Made by a program: the position numbers and the translations under genes. From a bacterium (GTDB lineage: Bacteria; Patescibacteriota; Saccharimonadia; CAILAD01; BJGX01), in the NCBI GenBank assembly GCA_023261595.1, contig JAHFOQ010000002.1, forward strand, positions 1 to 52,156: 52,156 nt of DNA, read 5' to 3'. The notes under the pieces are model-generated. The model was given only the letters and a program-made list of their open reading frames with translations. It was not told the origin of the DNA and ran no database searches. Shown piece after piece: positions 35,661-47,905 of this stretch (positions are counted from its first letter, which is position 1; each line of letters opens with the position of its first letter).

Positions 35661-36344
35661 ATGGGAGAGATGCTTATGACCCAAAAAAGTGAGAAAGATC
35701 CTGAACCTGTTGACGTGTATTTGGATGTTAGCCATGTTTGGCAACTTGATCCTGAACACGAAATTCCAGAAGATGAACGTAGAACAATATGTGCGATTGC
35801 ATGTATGAAAATGGTTATTGATTATGTAACTCCTGAAAAAGCAGATATTAGTTTGCATAAGGTTTTTAAAGAAATGCAAGAATCTGGTGCACAAGATAGT
35901 AAGTTAGACTGGAAACATGCTGATCAGGTAAATTACTTTAAAAAACTTGGCTTGGTGGCATGGCGACGAAATTGGTTAGCTCCTAACCCAGACCCGAAAT
36001 GGTTTGCCGATAATGAAGGATACAATAATGAACAGCTCGTGGTTGTTTCAGGCCAAATGCTTGATGAAATGACAACTGGCGGATATCTACAGCAAGCACT
36101 ACACAGTATTAAAGAATCACTTAAGCAAGATACACCTGTAATAGTTAGTGTGGCGGCAGATTTTAGCGAAAACCCAGCTAATCATCAAATAGTTATTAAT
36201 GGTTTTGGTAATGACACGAAAGAAGAATGGTTATACTATGTTGATCCTATTCTTTCTCCAGAGAAGCACCAAGATCGACAAAAAGTTAGTCTGGAGCATT
36301 TTCTTAAATATTTTAATTGTCGAGCGATATTTGTAAAAAAATAA
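35661..36344 (+). CDS. putative C39-like (papain-fold) cysteine peptidase domain protein
   Basis: The ATG at 35661 lies 7 nt after TACAAT (35648-35653). The candidate catalytic Cys is in RRTICAIACMKMVIDYV and the candidate His in ANHQIVINGFG. Confidence 0.45.
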   Translation: MGEMLMTQKSEKDPEPVDVYLDVSHVWQLDPEHEIPEDERRTICAIACMKMVIDYVTPEKADISLHKVFKEMQESGAQDSKLDWKHADQVNYFKKLGLVAWRRNWLAPNPDPKWFADNEGYNNEQLVVVSGQMLDEMTTGGYLQQALHSIKESLKQDTPVIVSVAADFSENPANHQIVINGFGNDTKEEWLYYVDPILSPEKHQDRQKVSLEHFLKYFNCRAIFVKK

Positions 36345-36345
36345 A

Positions 36346-36380
36346 AGCTATCTGTTATTTGACAGGTAGCTATTTATTTT
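36346..36380 (+). terminator. intrinsic terminator
   Basis: AGCTATCTGT/ACAGGTAGCT stem (one G-U pair) followed by ATTTATTTT. Confidence 0.55.
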
Positions 36381-36387
36381 GTATTCT
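36359..36387 (+). promoter_or_regulatory. sigma-70 promoter for a leaderless mini-ORF
   Basis: TTGACA (36359-36364), a 17-nt spacer, then the extended -10 TGTATTCT (36380-36387). The ATG at 36395 lies 7 nt downstream. Confidence 0.5.
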
Positions 36388-36394
36388 AATAATT

Positions 36395-36460
36395 ATGCAA
36401 CGAACTCTATTAAATCTACTCGGTTTATTACTGCCACAGGCGGTGCGGGTTCGTATATAA
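36395..36460 (+). CDS. 21-codon Leu-rich mini-ORF (candidate leader peptide)
   Basis: It encodes MQRTLLNLLGLLLPQAVRVRI*. Seven Leu codons fall within nine codons (36407-36433). The geometry is leaderless, like more than 10 other genes in this window, and a terminator follows at 36488-36516. Confidence 0.4.
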   Translation: MQRTLLNLLGLLLPQAVRVRI

Positions 36461-36487
36461 TTTTGTAAAAGAATAGTTTCGAAACCA

Positions 36488-36516
36488 AACCGCCATAATT
36501 ACTGGCGGTTTTTTTT
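36488..36516 (+). terminator. intrinsic terminator (candidate attenuator) upstream of leuS
   Basis: AACCGCCA (36488-36495) pairs with TGGCGGTT (36503-36510) around a 7-nt loop, and the T-run extends to 36516. GGCGGT at 36439-36444 could pair with ACCGCC at 36489-36494 as an alternative structure. Confidence 0.7.
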
Positions 36517-36845
36517 GTTTGTCAGAATTGGTTTCGAAGCAATTCGAAGCCGAAATGCCAAAGAAGCCCGCATTACAAAAGGAGAATGCTTTGATAAAGA
36601 CAAAAGATCGTATGGTTTCCACATCAGATAGCTCAACAATCAATAAAGATGAGTCTGCTCCACAAGCAGAAAGTGCTGTAGGAAGAGTAAAGCAAGCTGT
36701 ACCTGCGTGGGACTATAAAAAGTTTCCAGACGGAAGATTGCCTTACGCATAGTGATCTCTTAATTCCCTTGCGGGCACTGGAGTGGGGATAGAGAAATCT
36801 ATCTCCACTCCACGCTCGATTACGTTCTAGGTATAAATAAGGTAG

Positions 36846-39701
<2,856 letters not shown>

Positions 39702-39713
39702 AAAAGACATCGG

Positions 39714-40094
39714 TTAGGACGTCTGTGGTTGTGATTCTCTTACATTAGCAAATCTAAGATTACAGGCTTTTTCTATGGCGGAGTAGTTTTCATACGTGTT
39801 ACCAAATAGTAAAAGTGCATCTTGAATATACTCCGCCCAATCAGGCGCAACATAGTCAGATTTAACATTATCTGGTTCTGGAATAGGAAAGCTAATGTCT
39901 AAAATCATTGTAAGCGTGTCATAAACGGCAGAAACAACTCTACTGCCACCATGTCCAATAACTTCATACGCTTTATCACAAGCTGCAAAAAACAGTCTAC
40001 AGGTAATATCCGATGGCGAGTCTTCACCATCGGTACAAAGAAAACGTTTCATTTCTTCAGTGCTATATTGGTAATTATGGTAATCAAATGTCAT
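39714..40094 (-). CDS. hypothetical protein
   Basis: The ATG at 40094 follows the RBS GGAGG (ORF track start is 40112). 126 aa with no recognisable domain. It is convergent with leuS. Confidence 0.5.
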   Translation of the reverse strand: MTFDYHNYQYSTEEMKRFLCTDGEDSPSDITCRLFFAACDKAYEVIGHGGSRVVSAVYDTLTMILDISFPIPEPDNVKSDYVAPDWAEYIQDALLLFGNTYENYSAIEKACNLRFANVRESQPQTS

Positions 40095-40235
40095 GATTCC
40101 TCCAAGGTGCATGAGTGATTTTATTTTAGCTACGGTTAAGTCTATTGTAAAACATAACCGATTTTCAGCCCGTTCTCAGTTTTGGCAAGTAATCTTAATA
40201 TCAGGTAGCAAGGGGACTGTCAGAAGAAGTGGGGG

Positions 40236-40264
40236 TTGCAATTTTACGCGGAATACGCTACAAT
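40236..40264 (+). promoter_or_regulatory. sigma-70 promoter upstream of rpmF
   Basis: TTGCAA (40236-40241), a 17-nt spacer, then TACAAT (40259-40264). This predicts a ~210-nt 5' leader before rpmF. Confidence 0.5.
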
Positions 40265-40481
40265 ACGAGGCGAAATGCTTAAAGTATGAACCAGATTATA
40301 TGGTTCGAGCATTCTGGAGATCCCAGGTTCGACACGAATAGTGTCATAAGTCTTCGTATTATCATACGAGACATATTGCAAGAACGAAGTCACATATGAA
40401 CTCGTGGCATCGTTGCATTCAGTACCTCTCTAGAATCACTTAGGTGTTTAATAACACAATTAAACCAAAAGGAGCACTGCT

Positions 40482-40652
40482 ATGCCAGTACCAAAAAAAC
40501 GCCGAACTAGCTCGACTCGTGGTCAGCGTCGTTCGCACGATAACCTTAATAGTCTACAGCTTATGTATGAAAAAAATTCTAAGTTAAATGTACCACGTAG
40601 ACTAAAAAAAGCTGCCGAACTCGGTCTTTTAAAAACTCGTCGAAGTATTTAA
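40482..40652 (+). CDS. rpmF: 50S ribosomal protein L32
   Basis: 56 aa, [22 protein letters not shown]…, with RBS AAAGGAG upstream. It is below the ORF-track length cutoff and was found by manual translation. Confidence 0.85.
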   Translation: MPVPKKRRTSSTRGQRRSHDNLNSLQLMYEKNSKLNVPRRLKKAAELGLLKTRRSI

Positions 40653-40702
40653 CAAAAGTTTCCTTTCCCCTAAAAAGTACGTTACAATTAAAAGTAAGAA
40701 CT

Positions 40703-41338
40703 ATGGCATCGAACCGTCACCTCTGTAGAATAATAGCCTTGCAAAGTTTGTATGAATACGACTTTCGCATTTCTTTAGATATGGAAGATCTTAAGACCGA
40801 TATGGATGAAATATTGGCACGGAATCTTGCTGTCTATGCTGATTCTTTAGAAGAAGATGACTTTGTAGTTGATCTTGTAAAAGGGACACTCAAAAACCAA
40901 GAAAAACTCGATGCTTTGATAGTTCCTGCAGCTCCAGAATGGCCAATTGACCAAATTGCTAAAGTAGATAAAGAAATCTTACGCCTTGCCACGTATGAAC
41001 TTATGATTAAAAGAGATGTTCCACCTAAAGTTGCAATCAACGAAGCTGTTGAACTTGCGAAGAGCTTCGGTGGAGATAACTCAAGTAAGTTTATCAATGG
41101 TGTGCTCGGTACAATATATAGAAGTAGTGAAATTTATGAACCAGAAGAAGACAAAAAATTCCAGGCAGAAAAGCAGGCGATGGCGCCGAAGCCAGCAAAA
41201 TCAGCTGAGCCAGACAAACCAACAGACGCCGAACAATCCGCTAGCCAACGGACAGTCCAATCAGACGACAACACCGGAAGAGACTCAGGTTCAGAAGCAG
41301 AACCAGAATCAGAACCAAAACCAAAATCGTCAGCCTAA
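40703..41338 (+). CDS. nusB: transcription antitermination factor NusB with an acidic low-complexity C-terminal extension
   Basis: 211 aa. The NusB core runs to about …[11 protein letters not shown] (residue ~140). A ~70-aa E/P/K/S-rich tail follows. Confidence 0.85.
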   Translation: MASNRHLCRIIALQSLYEYDFRISLDMEDLKTDMDEILARNLAVYADSLEEDDFVVDLVKGTLKNQEKLDALIVPAAPEWPIDQIAKVDKEILRLATYELMIKRDVPPKVAINEAVELAKSFGGDNSSKFINGVLGTIYRSSEIYEPEEDKKFQAEKQAMAPKPAKSAEPDKPTDAEQSASQRTVQSDDNTGRDSGSEAEPESEPKPKSSA

Positions 41339-41831
41339 TCGGAATAAGAAAAAGCATCCAGGTACGCACACTCAAAAAGTTGCGCGCCAGAAAGCTGTCC
41401 GCGAATATTCGAGTGGCGGTATTGTTTTTCGTGTAGTAGACAATACTATAGAGATATTACTATTGCAAGATCTTAAAACACGCTGGTCTATTCCTAAAGG
41501 GCATATAGAATCGGGTGAAACTCCAAAGCAAGCCGCTTTGCGTGAAGTTTCTGAAGAAACAAATCTTAAAGAGCTAAAAATTCATTCAAAGCTTGATAAA
41601 ATTCATTTTTTCTATCGTATGGAAGGTAAACTGATTTTTATGACGAATTTTATCTATCTTATTGAATCAACCAACCATACCGAAAGTATTAAAACCGAAG
41701 AAGACGCTCCGTGGATTACTGATGTACAGTGGTTTGAAGCTGAACAGGCATATGATATCCTAGAGTATAAGGCAACCAAAATAATTTTGCGTGAAGCAAT
41801 TAACCGAATTAAGGTTCTAAATAATCTCTAA
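41136..41831 (+). CDS. Nudix hydrolase with a basic Q/N-rich N-terminal extension
   Basis: Nudix box [23 protein letters not shown]. The only canonical starts in frame are ATG 41136 or 41016, and both lie inside nusB, so the overlap is 203 nt or more in the +1 frame. Confidence 0.7.
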   Translation: MNQKKTKNSRQKSRRWRRSQQNQLSQTNQQTPNNPLANGQSNQTTTPEETQVQKQNQNQNQNQNRQPNRNKKKHPGTHTQKVARQKAVREYSSGGIVFRVVDNTIEILLLQDLKTRWSIPKGHIESGETPKQAALREVSEETNLKELKIHSKLDKIHFFYRMEGKLIFMTNFIYLIESTNHTESIKTEEDAPWITDVQWFEAEQAYDILEYKATKIILREAINRIKVLNNL

Positions 41832-42523
41832 TGGTATATAACAAAGAAAAAGTTGAGGCAATTTTAGGAGTTACATTTGAAAATGCAGAACTTTTAAAGA
41901 CTGCATATACTCATCGAAGTTATCTAAATGAACATCGTCGTACAAGCCTAGAACATAATGAGCGTATGGAATTTTTAGGTGACGCGGTTTTAGAATTAGT
42001 CGTAACAGATTATCTCTATAGAAATTATAAAAATCCAGAAGGTGAACTTACCGCATGGCGTTCTGCACTGGTAAAAACTGAATCGCTTGCTGAGCTCGCC
42101 GAAAAACTTGAACTTGGTCAGTTTTTACTTATGAGTCGAGGTGAGGCTAAAACTGGTGGACGAACCCGCCAGGCCTTACTTGCAAATCTCGTAGAAGCTA
42201 CTATTGGCGCAATTTATTTAGAAAAGGGTTATGACGAAGCGAAAAAATTTATTGAAAACAATATTGTTATTAAACTCGAAGAAATTATTAAAACTGGAGC
42301 TTATATTGATGCAAAAAGTCAGTTTCAGGAATTATCACAAGAAAGTCATGGTGTTACCCCGAGCTATAAAGTATTAGAAGAAACTGGTCCTGATCATGAT
42401 AAAACATTTCTTATGGGAGTGTATCTTGGTGAAAAAGAGTATGGGCGAGGTGAAGGCAGTAGTAAACAGGCCGCTCAACAGAGTGCGGCTCTCGATGGTT
42501 TAAAAAAACTACAAAAAAAATAG
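41831..42523 (+). CDS. rnc: ribonuclease III
   Basis: 230 aa. The RNase III signature ERMEFLGDAVLELVV plus a C-terminal dsRBD (GPDHDKTF…GEGSSKQAAQQSAA). Confidence 0.92.
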   Translation: MVYNKEKVEAILGVTFENAELLKTAYTHRSYLNEHRRTSLEHNERMEFLGDAVLELVVTDYLYRNYKNPEGELTAWRSALVKTESLAELAEKLELGQFLLMSRGEAKTGGRTRQALLANLVEATIGAIYLEKGYDEAKKFIENNIVIKLEEIIKTGAYIDAKSQFQELSQESHGVTPSYKVLEETGPDHDKTFLMGVYLGEKEYGRGEGSSKQAAQQSAALDGLKKLQKK

Positions 42524-42609
42524 TTTTCATTTATGATAAAAGTAGTTAGACTTAAGCTAACAGCTTGAGCCTCAAGTTGAGTACCTCTGAAAGAAAGAGG
42601 TGATCTAAC

Positions 42610-43380
42610 GTGAACCTTACTACATTAACGATCTCTGGTACTCTTGCTCCTCCGCCGAGTAGAGTGTACTACGAACCGCTCTTGCATGTTTGTCATAAAC
42701 ATAGTCAAGATAATACCTATTTTGAAACAATTTTTCTTCTTGGTTTGGGAGATATAGTTCGTGCAGTGGATGAACTTGATAACAAGTATTTTCTCGGTAA
42801 TACTAATAACTTTGTTTTGCTCGGACATTCGCAGGGTGGACTTATTGCAAGTCTTCTCGCGATGCGTCATCCAACCCGGGTTAAGGCTGTAATTGCACTT
42901 GCTACACCCTTTAAGGGCACTACTTGGGTCGATCCTGTGAATATGCCTATACGTGGCATAGTAGAAGCAGTAAGTCTTGTATCTAGGGGTAAAATACGCC
43001 TAAAGCCAACTCTGCGACAGCTTGTTGTTCCGATTTTGCCCATCGTTAGAGATCTTTGTGCGCATAGCGATATTTGTGAGAGTATTGTAAGCTATCTAGA
43101 AGAACAAATTAGCGGACATAAAACCTTTGCAATAATTGGCAGTAACGATATGTTGGTATTCCCCCATCGTTCAGCTAATCCGACTGGTCCCATGGTAACG
43201 AGCTTCATAGTTTCACCTAAGAAAGAATATCAGAGATTACAGACGGTATTGCCTCATGGCTTAGAACACATAGACTCACGTGCTGGGCATCTTTCAATCG
43301 TATTAAATCCAAAGGTACTTGGTTGTATCGACCAAATAATAACAACAACTATCGATAACTATCCGGCTAACGTGAGTTGA
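42610..43380 (+). CDS. alpha/beta-fold hydrolase (lipase/esterase-like)
   Basis: The GTG start follows the RBS AAGAGGTGA. The nucleophile elbow is GHSQGG. Confidence 0.6.
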   Translation: MNLTTLTISGTLAPPPSRVYYEPLLHVCHKHSQDNTYFETIFLLGLGDIVRAVDELDNKYFLGNTNNFVLLGHSQGGLIASLLAMRHPTRVKAVIALATPFKGTTWVDPVNMPIRGIVEAVSLVSRGKIRLKPTLRQLVVPILPIVRDLCAHSDICESIVSYLEEQISGHKTFAIIGSNDMLVFPHRSANPTGPMVTSFIVSPKKEYQRLQTVLPHGLEHIDSRAGHLSIVLNPKVLGCIDQIITTTIDNYPANVS

Positions 43381-43460
43381 GCCGGATTTTCTTTTAGTCT
43401 AAAAAGATTCATACATAACTTGCCTGATACTATGAAACCTTGGCATGATACAATAAGATA

Positions 43461-45980
43461 ATGAAAAGCGAGGGTCAGGTTCTCCAGAGTCTTGAGATTG
43501 CAGGATTTAAGTCTTTTGGGAGACGTAAAAAACTTAATTTTTCCGAGGGCATCACTGCAATTGTGGGTCCGAATGGTTCGGGCAAAAGTAATGTGGCAGA
43601 TGCATTGCGTTGGGTCTTAGGTGAACAGAGAACCACTCGTCTCCGGGGCGGAAAATCAGAAGAATTAATTTTCCATGGAACAGACAATAAGGCTATGGCA
43701 AGTGTTGCTGAAGTTACACTTGTTCTTAACAATACAGATAATCAATTTTCATTACCCGCAAGTCAGATTGAGATTAGTCGCCAACTTTATCGTTCGGGCG
43801 AAAGTAACTATAGGTTAAATGGACGCAAAGTTAATTTTTCTCAAGTCGAGGAATTATTAGCTAGTGGTGGTATAGGAAAAAACAGTTATGCGGTGGTAGG
43901 TCAGGGAATGATAGACCAGCTCTTAACTATGGATGGTAAAGATCGTAAAATGCTTTTTGACGAAGCATCGGGAATTCGCCAATATGAAATTCGGCGTATC
44001 GCAGCTAAACGAAAGCTTGAACAATCAAGTAATGATCTCGAAAAAGTATCTTCAATTATTCAAGAAATTTTACCAAGTTTACATGCATTGCAAAAACAAG
44101 CCGAGATTGTAAAAAAACAGACTCAACTCAAAGAGTCTGCTGAGAAATTAAAAAAAGAATATATTCTTTATTGGAGTGATGCGTATAAAAACAAGAAAAA
44201 TGCATTAAAAATAGCGATACAAAAAGATACAAGTTTGCTCGAAAAAATAGAGAATGATTTAGCTCAAGCGCGTCAAGCAACCAGAGTCCCTGAAAAAAGT
44301 AAGAACATAATCGAACTAGAAAAATATCAGGCTAAGGTAAATGCACACGAAGAAGAAAAAACTGCTTTGGTAGGCTCACTCATCCAAGTCGAAGCAGAAA
44401 TTGTAAGTCTTCGAAATAGTGCACAAAAAGAAACAAGCGTTTCATCGAATGAAATTAAAAAAAATATTCATGCAGAAACTTTGTTACAAAACAAAATACA
44501 TAAAAGTTTAGAGACACACAACAAAAAAGTTAGTTCCCACGAGAATAAGGTAAAAGATATAAATGCTGAGCTTAATACGATATCTAAAACACTTAACGAT
44601 ACTCGTAAGAGGTTAGAAAAGAACCAAAAAAGTGAATTCTTTCATCACGCGAATGGACTTATTACGACCGTTCGTACGCAACTAAGAAATGCAACTGATC
44701 GACGTGAAATAGACCAAACTATGCAACGTTTGGCGGATATGATTCGTATTGCATTAACCGATAATGCAACTGAGCTTGCGCTAACGATTAATAAGTTACA
44801 ACTAAAAATCAGCACAAGAATGGGTGAAAGAGAAGAAATTATTGAATTGCAAACAAAAGAGATAATTAAAATTCGTTCATTAGAATTAGACTTAGTCGCA
44901 AGTAAGGAGCGACTTGGTAGAATGGAGGCTGAACTTAAAGTTGAACTTGATAATTTTAAGTTCAAAAAAGAGTCAGCAATAAAATTAAAGAAAATGACTG
45001 CTCAGCAAATTCAATGTAAACAGAAGATAATATTACTAGAAAAAGAAATAGCTAAACTACAGGATCAGATAACCACCATTCAACAGAAACTGCATCAACA
45101 GAATTCAAGCGACCTGTTTAGCCATTTTGAAAAACTGGTGTCAGAACAAAAGACACTCGAAATGTTTATAGCGAACAATAATGAACAGATAGAAAACATT
45201 ATAAATAAAGAAAAATTTCTTGAAAAGAACAAAGAAGATTGGTTTGGTTCTTCAACGATTACTGGCGATGTTCCAAAACGGGCCATAGAGTTTGAAGAAA
45301 TTACAAAACTAGAATCTGAATTAAATATTATAAAAGATATTGATGCCGGTACTCTTGAAGAAGCAAATGAACTTGCACAAAGAGTTGAATTCTTACAAAC
45401 TCAACAGAAAGATTTACACAAAGCGATAGAAGATAGTGAGGAATTTATTCGCAAAATTGAAACTGAAACAAAACAAAAGTTTGTGAAAAATTTTGAAAAG
45501 ATTAATTCTCAATTTCAAAAATACTTTGTTGATCTATTTGGCGGGGGTGTAGCTAAACTTAATCTCATTACCAAAGAAGATTTTGCAATCGAGATTATTA
45601 CTACTCCCCCTGGTAAACGAACTCACAGTATCTCTGCACTTTCTGGTGGCGAAAAATCACTTGCATCAGTCGCACTTCTAGCTGCAATTTTAACAAGCAA
45701 TCCTACACCTTTCATTTTTCTCGATGAGGTTGATGCTGCACTTGATGACGAAAATTCCACACGATTTAACAAAATTCTCAAGGATCTTTCTAAGCATTCA
45801 CAAATCGTTGTAATTACACATAACCATGAAACAATGCAAGCAGCCAAACAGCTCTTTGGTGTTACGACAGGAAATAAGGGAGATAGTGAAGTGCTCAGTT
45901 TACAATTGCAACAAGCGGATGAATTAGCCCGAGAAGCTCAACCTTCCAAACCTGTTGACAAGGCGTCATCTTTCAAGTAG
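43461..45980 (+). CDS. smc: SMC-family chromosome segregation ATPase (short, no obvious hinge)
   Basis: 839 aa. N-terminal FKSF…GPNGSGKSNVADALRWVLGEQ, C-terminal signature LSGGEKSL and Walker B FIFLDEVDAALD. The middle is continuous coiled coil. Confidence 0.75.
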   Translation: MKSEGQVLQSLEIAGFKSFGRRKKLNFSEGITAIVGPNGSGKSNVADALRWVLGEQRTTRLRGGKSEELIFHGTDNKAMASVAEVTLVLNNTDNQFSLPASQIEISRQLYRSGESNYRLNGRKVNFSQVEELLASGGIGKNSYAVVGQGMIDQLLTMDGKDRKMLFDEASGIRQYEIRRIAAKRKLEQSSNDLEKVSSIIQEILPSLHALQKQAEIVKKQTQLKESAEKLKKEYILYWSDAYKNKKNALKIAIQKDTSLLEKIENDLAQARQATRVPEKSKNIIELEKYQAKVNAHEEEKTALVGSLIQVEAEIVSLRNSAQKETSVSSNEIKKNIHAETLLQNKIHKSLETHNKKVSSHENKVKDINAELNTISKTLNDTRKRLEKNQKSEFFHHANGLITTVRTQLRNATDRREIDQTMQRLADMIRIALTDNATELALTINKLQLKISTRMGEREEIIELQTKEIIKIRSLELDLVASKERLGRMEAELKVELDNFKFKKESAIKLKKMTAQQIQCKQKIILLEKEIAKLQDQITTIQQKLHQQNSSDLFSHFEKLVSEQKTLEMFIANNNEQIENIINKEKFLEKNKEDWFGSSTITGDVPKRAIEFEEITKLESELNIIKDIDAGTLEEANELAQRVEFLQTQQKDLHKAIEDSEEFIRKIETETKQKFVKNFEKINSQFQKYFVDLFGGGVAKLNLITKEDFAIEIITTPPGKRTHSISALSGGEKSLASVALLAAILTSNPTPFIFLDEVDAALDDENSTRFNKILKDLSKHSQIVVITHNHETMQAAKQLFGVTTGNKGDSEVLSLQLQQADELAREAQPSKPVDKASSFK

Positions 45981-46057
45981 AATAAGTCAATGTTGTATTG
46001 CTCTTCGAGGTATTCGAGAGCTTTCATAATCTTAATCAAGGAAAACATACAGAATAT

Positions 46058-46552
46058 ATGTTAGTTATTCGCTTGGCCCGACATGGCCGTAATAAATATC
46101 CAGTTTACCGAATCGTTGCTGCTGACAAACGCCGCGCCGCTACTTCTAAGTACGTGGCTAATTTAGGTAACTACAATCCTCATACGAAAGAGATAGTTCT
46201 CGATAAAGAAAAGATTGAAATGTATCTAGGTAATGGTGCTCAGGCAAGCGATAGAGTATTACGATTACTAAAAGCTGAAGGGGTAAAATTACCAAGTTGG
46301 GCAAACATTCATGATCGAAATAAAGCTCCAAAAAATCCAGAAGAAGCAGAAACTGAAAAACCTGCTGAAGGAGTAGAAACTGCTGAAGCTAGTACGGAAT
46401 CTACTGAAGAAAAAGCTGAAGACCAAAAAACTGACGTAGGAACTGCTAAAGAAGCTGATGAAGTAAAAACCGAGGTAGAAGCTCAAGAAAAAGCAGCTGA
46501 TGCAGCCGAAGAGGCTAACAAAGAAGTTAAAGAAGAAAAACAACCAGAATAA
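46058..46552 (+). CDS. rpsP: 30S ribosomal protein S16 with an acidic C-terminal extension
   Basis: The ATG at 46058 gives MLVIRLARHGRNKYPVYRIVAADKR… The S16 core is about 85 aa, followed by about 75 aa of E/K/A-rich tail. Confidence 0.88.
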   Translation: MLVIRLARHGRNKYPVYRIVAADKRRAATSKYVANLGNYNPHTKEIVLDKEKIEMYLGNGAQASDRVLRLLKAEGVKLPSWANIHDRNKAPKNPEEAETEKPAEGVETAEASTESTEEKAEDQKTDVGTAKEADEVKTEVEAQEKAADAAEEANKEVKEEKQPE

Positions 46553-46569
46553 GTACTGGTTGTTTTTTT
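46538..46569 (+). terminator. intrinsic terminator after rpsP
   Basis: AAACAACCAG/CTGGTTGTTT stem spanning the stop codon, followed by a T-run. Confidence 0.65.
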
Positions 46570-46624
46570 GTTAATAATAAGTTTTGTTGTATAATGAAAC
46601 TATTAATAAAAAGGAGACCATGAT

Positions 46625-47065
46625 ATGGCTGCAACAGAACACGACCAAGTATTTCTCGAATACGTAGTAAAGGCTTTGGTAGATCAACCTGATAAAGTCG
46701 AAATAAAGCGAACCGTTGATGAGCGTGGTGTACTCTTAGAACTTACTGTAGACCCTGAAGATATGGGTAAGATAATTGGTAAAGCAGGCGCAACTGCAAA
46801 ATCTATACGTACGTTACTTCGTGTTTTAGGTGCGAAAGACGACGCGCGGTATAATCTAAAGATTGTCGATCAAGAAGGTAGTGAACGTCCAGTGAGAGAC
46901 GAAGAGCCAACTGCTACAGAAGAAGAATCGAACGATACTTCATCGGCTGAAGAAGCAGCAGAATCAACCGAAGAAACTACTCCAGATAGTGAAGAGAATA
47001 CAAAAGCTGAGGATATCAAATCTAAAGCTCGCGAAGGTCTAGAAGATCTCGATACGGATATTTAA
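46625..47065 (+). CDS. khpA: KH-domain RNA-binding protein (KhpA/YlqC-like) with an acidic tail
   Basis: 146 aa. The GxxG KH motif is in MGKIIGKAGATAKSIRTLL. RBS AAGGAG lies upstream. An E/T/S-rich extension follows. Confidence 0.8.
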   Translation: MAATEHDQVFLEYVVKALVDQPDKVEIKRTVDERGVLLELTVDPEDMGKIIGKAGATAKSIRTLLRVLGAKDDARYNLKIVDQEGSERPVRDEEPTATEEESNDTSSAEEAAESTEETTPDSEENTKAEDIKSKAREGLEDLDTDI

Positions 47066-47187
47066 TACTCGCGTCAACAGGGTATATATAAGTCAAAATA
47101 TATAAATCATACTTCGAAAATTACCATTGTTTTTAATATAACCAACTAACTTTGTCCGATAGGTAAGTAGTAACCTATACTAATTTT

Positions 47188-47865
47188 ATGAACAAAATTT
47201 CAATCATCACGTTATTTCCAGACATGTTTGAGCCTGTACTCAATACGAGTATGTTATTAAAGGCACAAAAGCATAATTTAGTAGAATTTAGTATTATAAA
47301 TTTGCGTGATTTTGGTATTGGAAAACGTAAAACAGTCGATGACACACCATATGGAGGAGGGGCAGGTATGATATTAAAACCTGAGCCGATATTTATGGCT
47401 GTAGAACATGCTGGCAAGAAGATGCTTCAACCTAAAGTGTTACTAATGAGCCCCCGGGGCAAACCATTTAATCAATTACTCGCAAAAGAAATGAGCTCAG
47501 TAAAAGAGTTAATAATTTTATGTGGGCATTATGAAGGTTTTGATGAACGAATAATGAGTATCGTAGATGCTGAAATCTCAATGGGAGATTTTGTGCTGAC
47601 CGGTGGTGAAATTCCTGCTATGGCAGTCGTTGACAGTGTTGTACGGTTAATTCCTGGTGTACTTGGAGATGACCAAAGTAATAAAGACGAATCGTTTGCA
47701 CAGGGTCTCCTAGAATATCCACAGTATACACGACCAGAAAACTTTAATGGTATGGAAGTACCAGAGATATTAAAAGGTGGTAACCATGCTGAAATACATA
47801 AGTGGCGCAGAGGACAAGCGATAAAGAAAACCCAACTTAATCGCCCAGATCTTATAGAATTTTAA
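47188..47865 (+). CDS. trmD: tRNA (guanine37-N1)-methyltransferase TrmD
   Basis: 225 aa. TLFPDMF, DDTPYGGGAGM, CGHYEGFDERI and GDFVLTGGE motifs. TATACT ends 6 nt before the ATG. Confidence 0.92.
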   Translation: MNKISIITLFPDMFEPVLNTSMLLKAQKHNLVEFSIINLRDFGIGKRKTVDDTPYGGGAGMILKPEPIFMAVEHAGKKMLQPKVLLMSPRGKPFNQLLAKEMSSVKELIILCGHYEGFDERIMSIVDAEISMGDFVLTGGEIPAMAVVDSVVRLIPGVLGDDQSNKDESFAQGLLEYPQYTRPENFNGMEVPEILKGGNHAEIHKWRRGQAIKKTQLNRPDLIEF

Positions 47866-47905
47866 GTTGAAATACGCTAGAATAACCAAGTTCAAAATTT
47901 TATAG

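Noticed and set aside
36519-36752. A 77-aa ORF between the attenuator-like terminator and leuS. A shorter version starts at TTG 36591, 5 nt after AAGGAG.
   Set aside because: Left uncalled. It has low complexity, no homology signal and an ambiguous start. It could be a real small protein or just leader sequence, and needs conservation or Ribo-seq evidence.
41016-41135. The 41016 start for the Nudix ORF.
   Set aside because: It would extend the overlap with the structured NusB core to more than 320 nt. ATG 41136 is the more conservative choice, though still unusual (see the finding).
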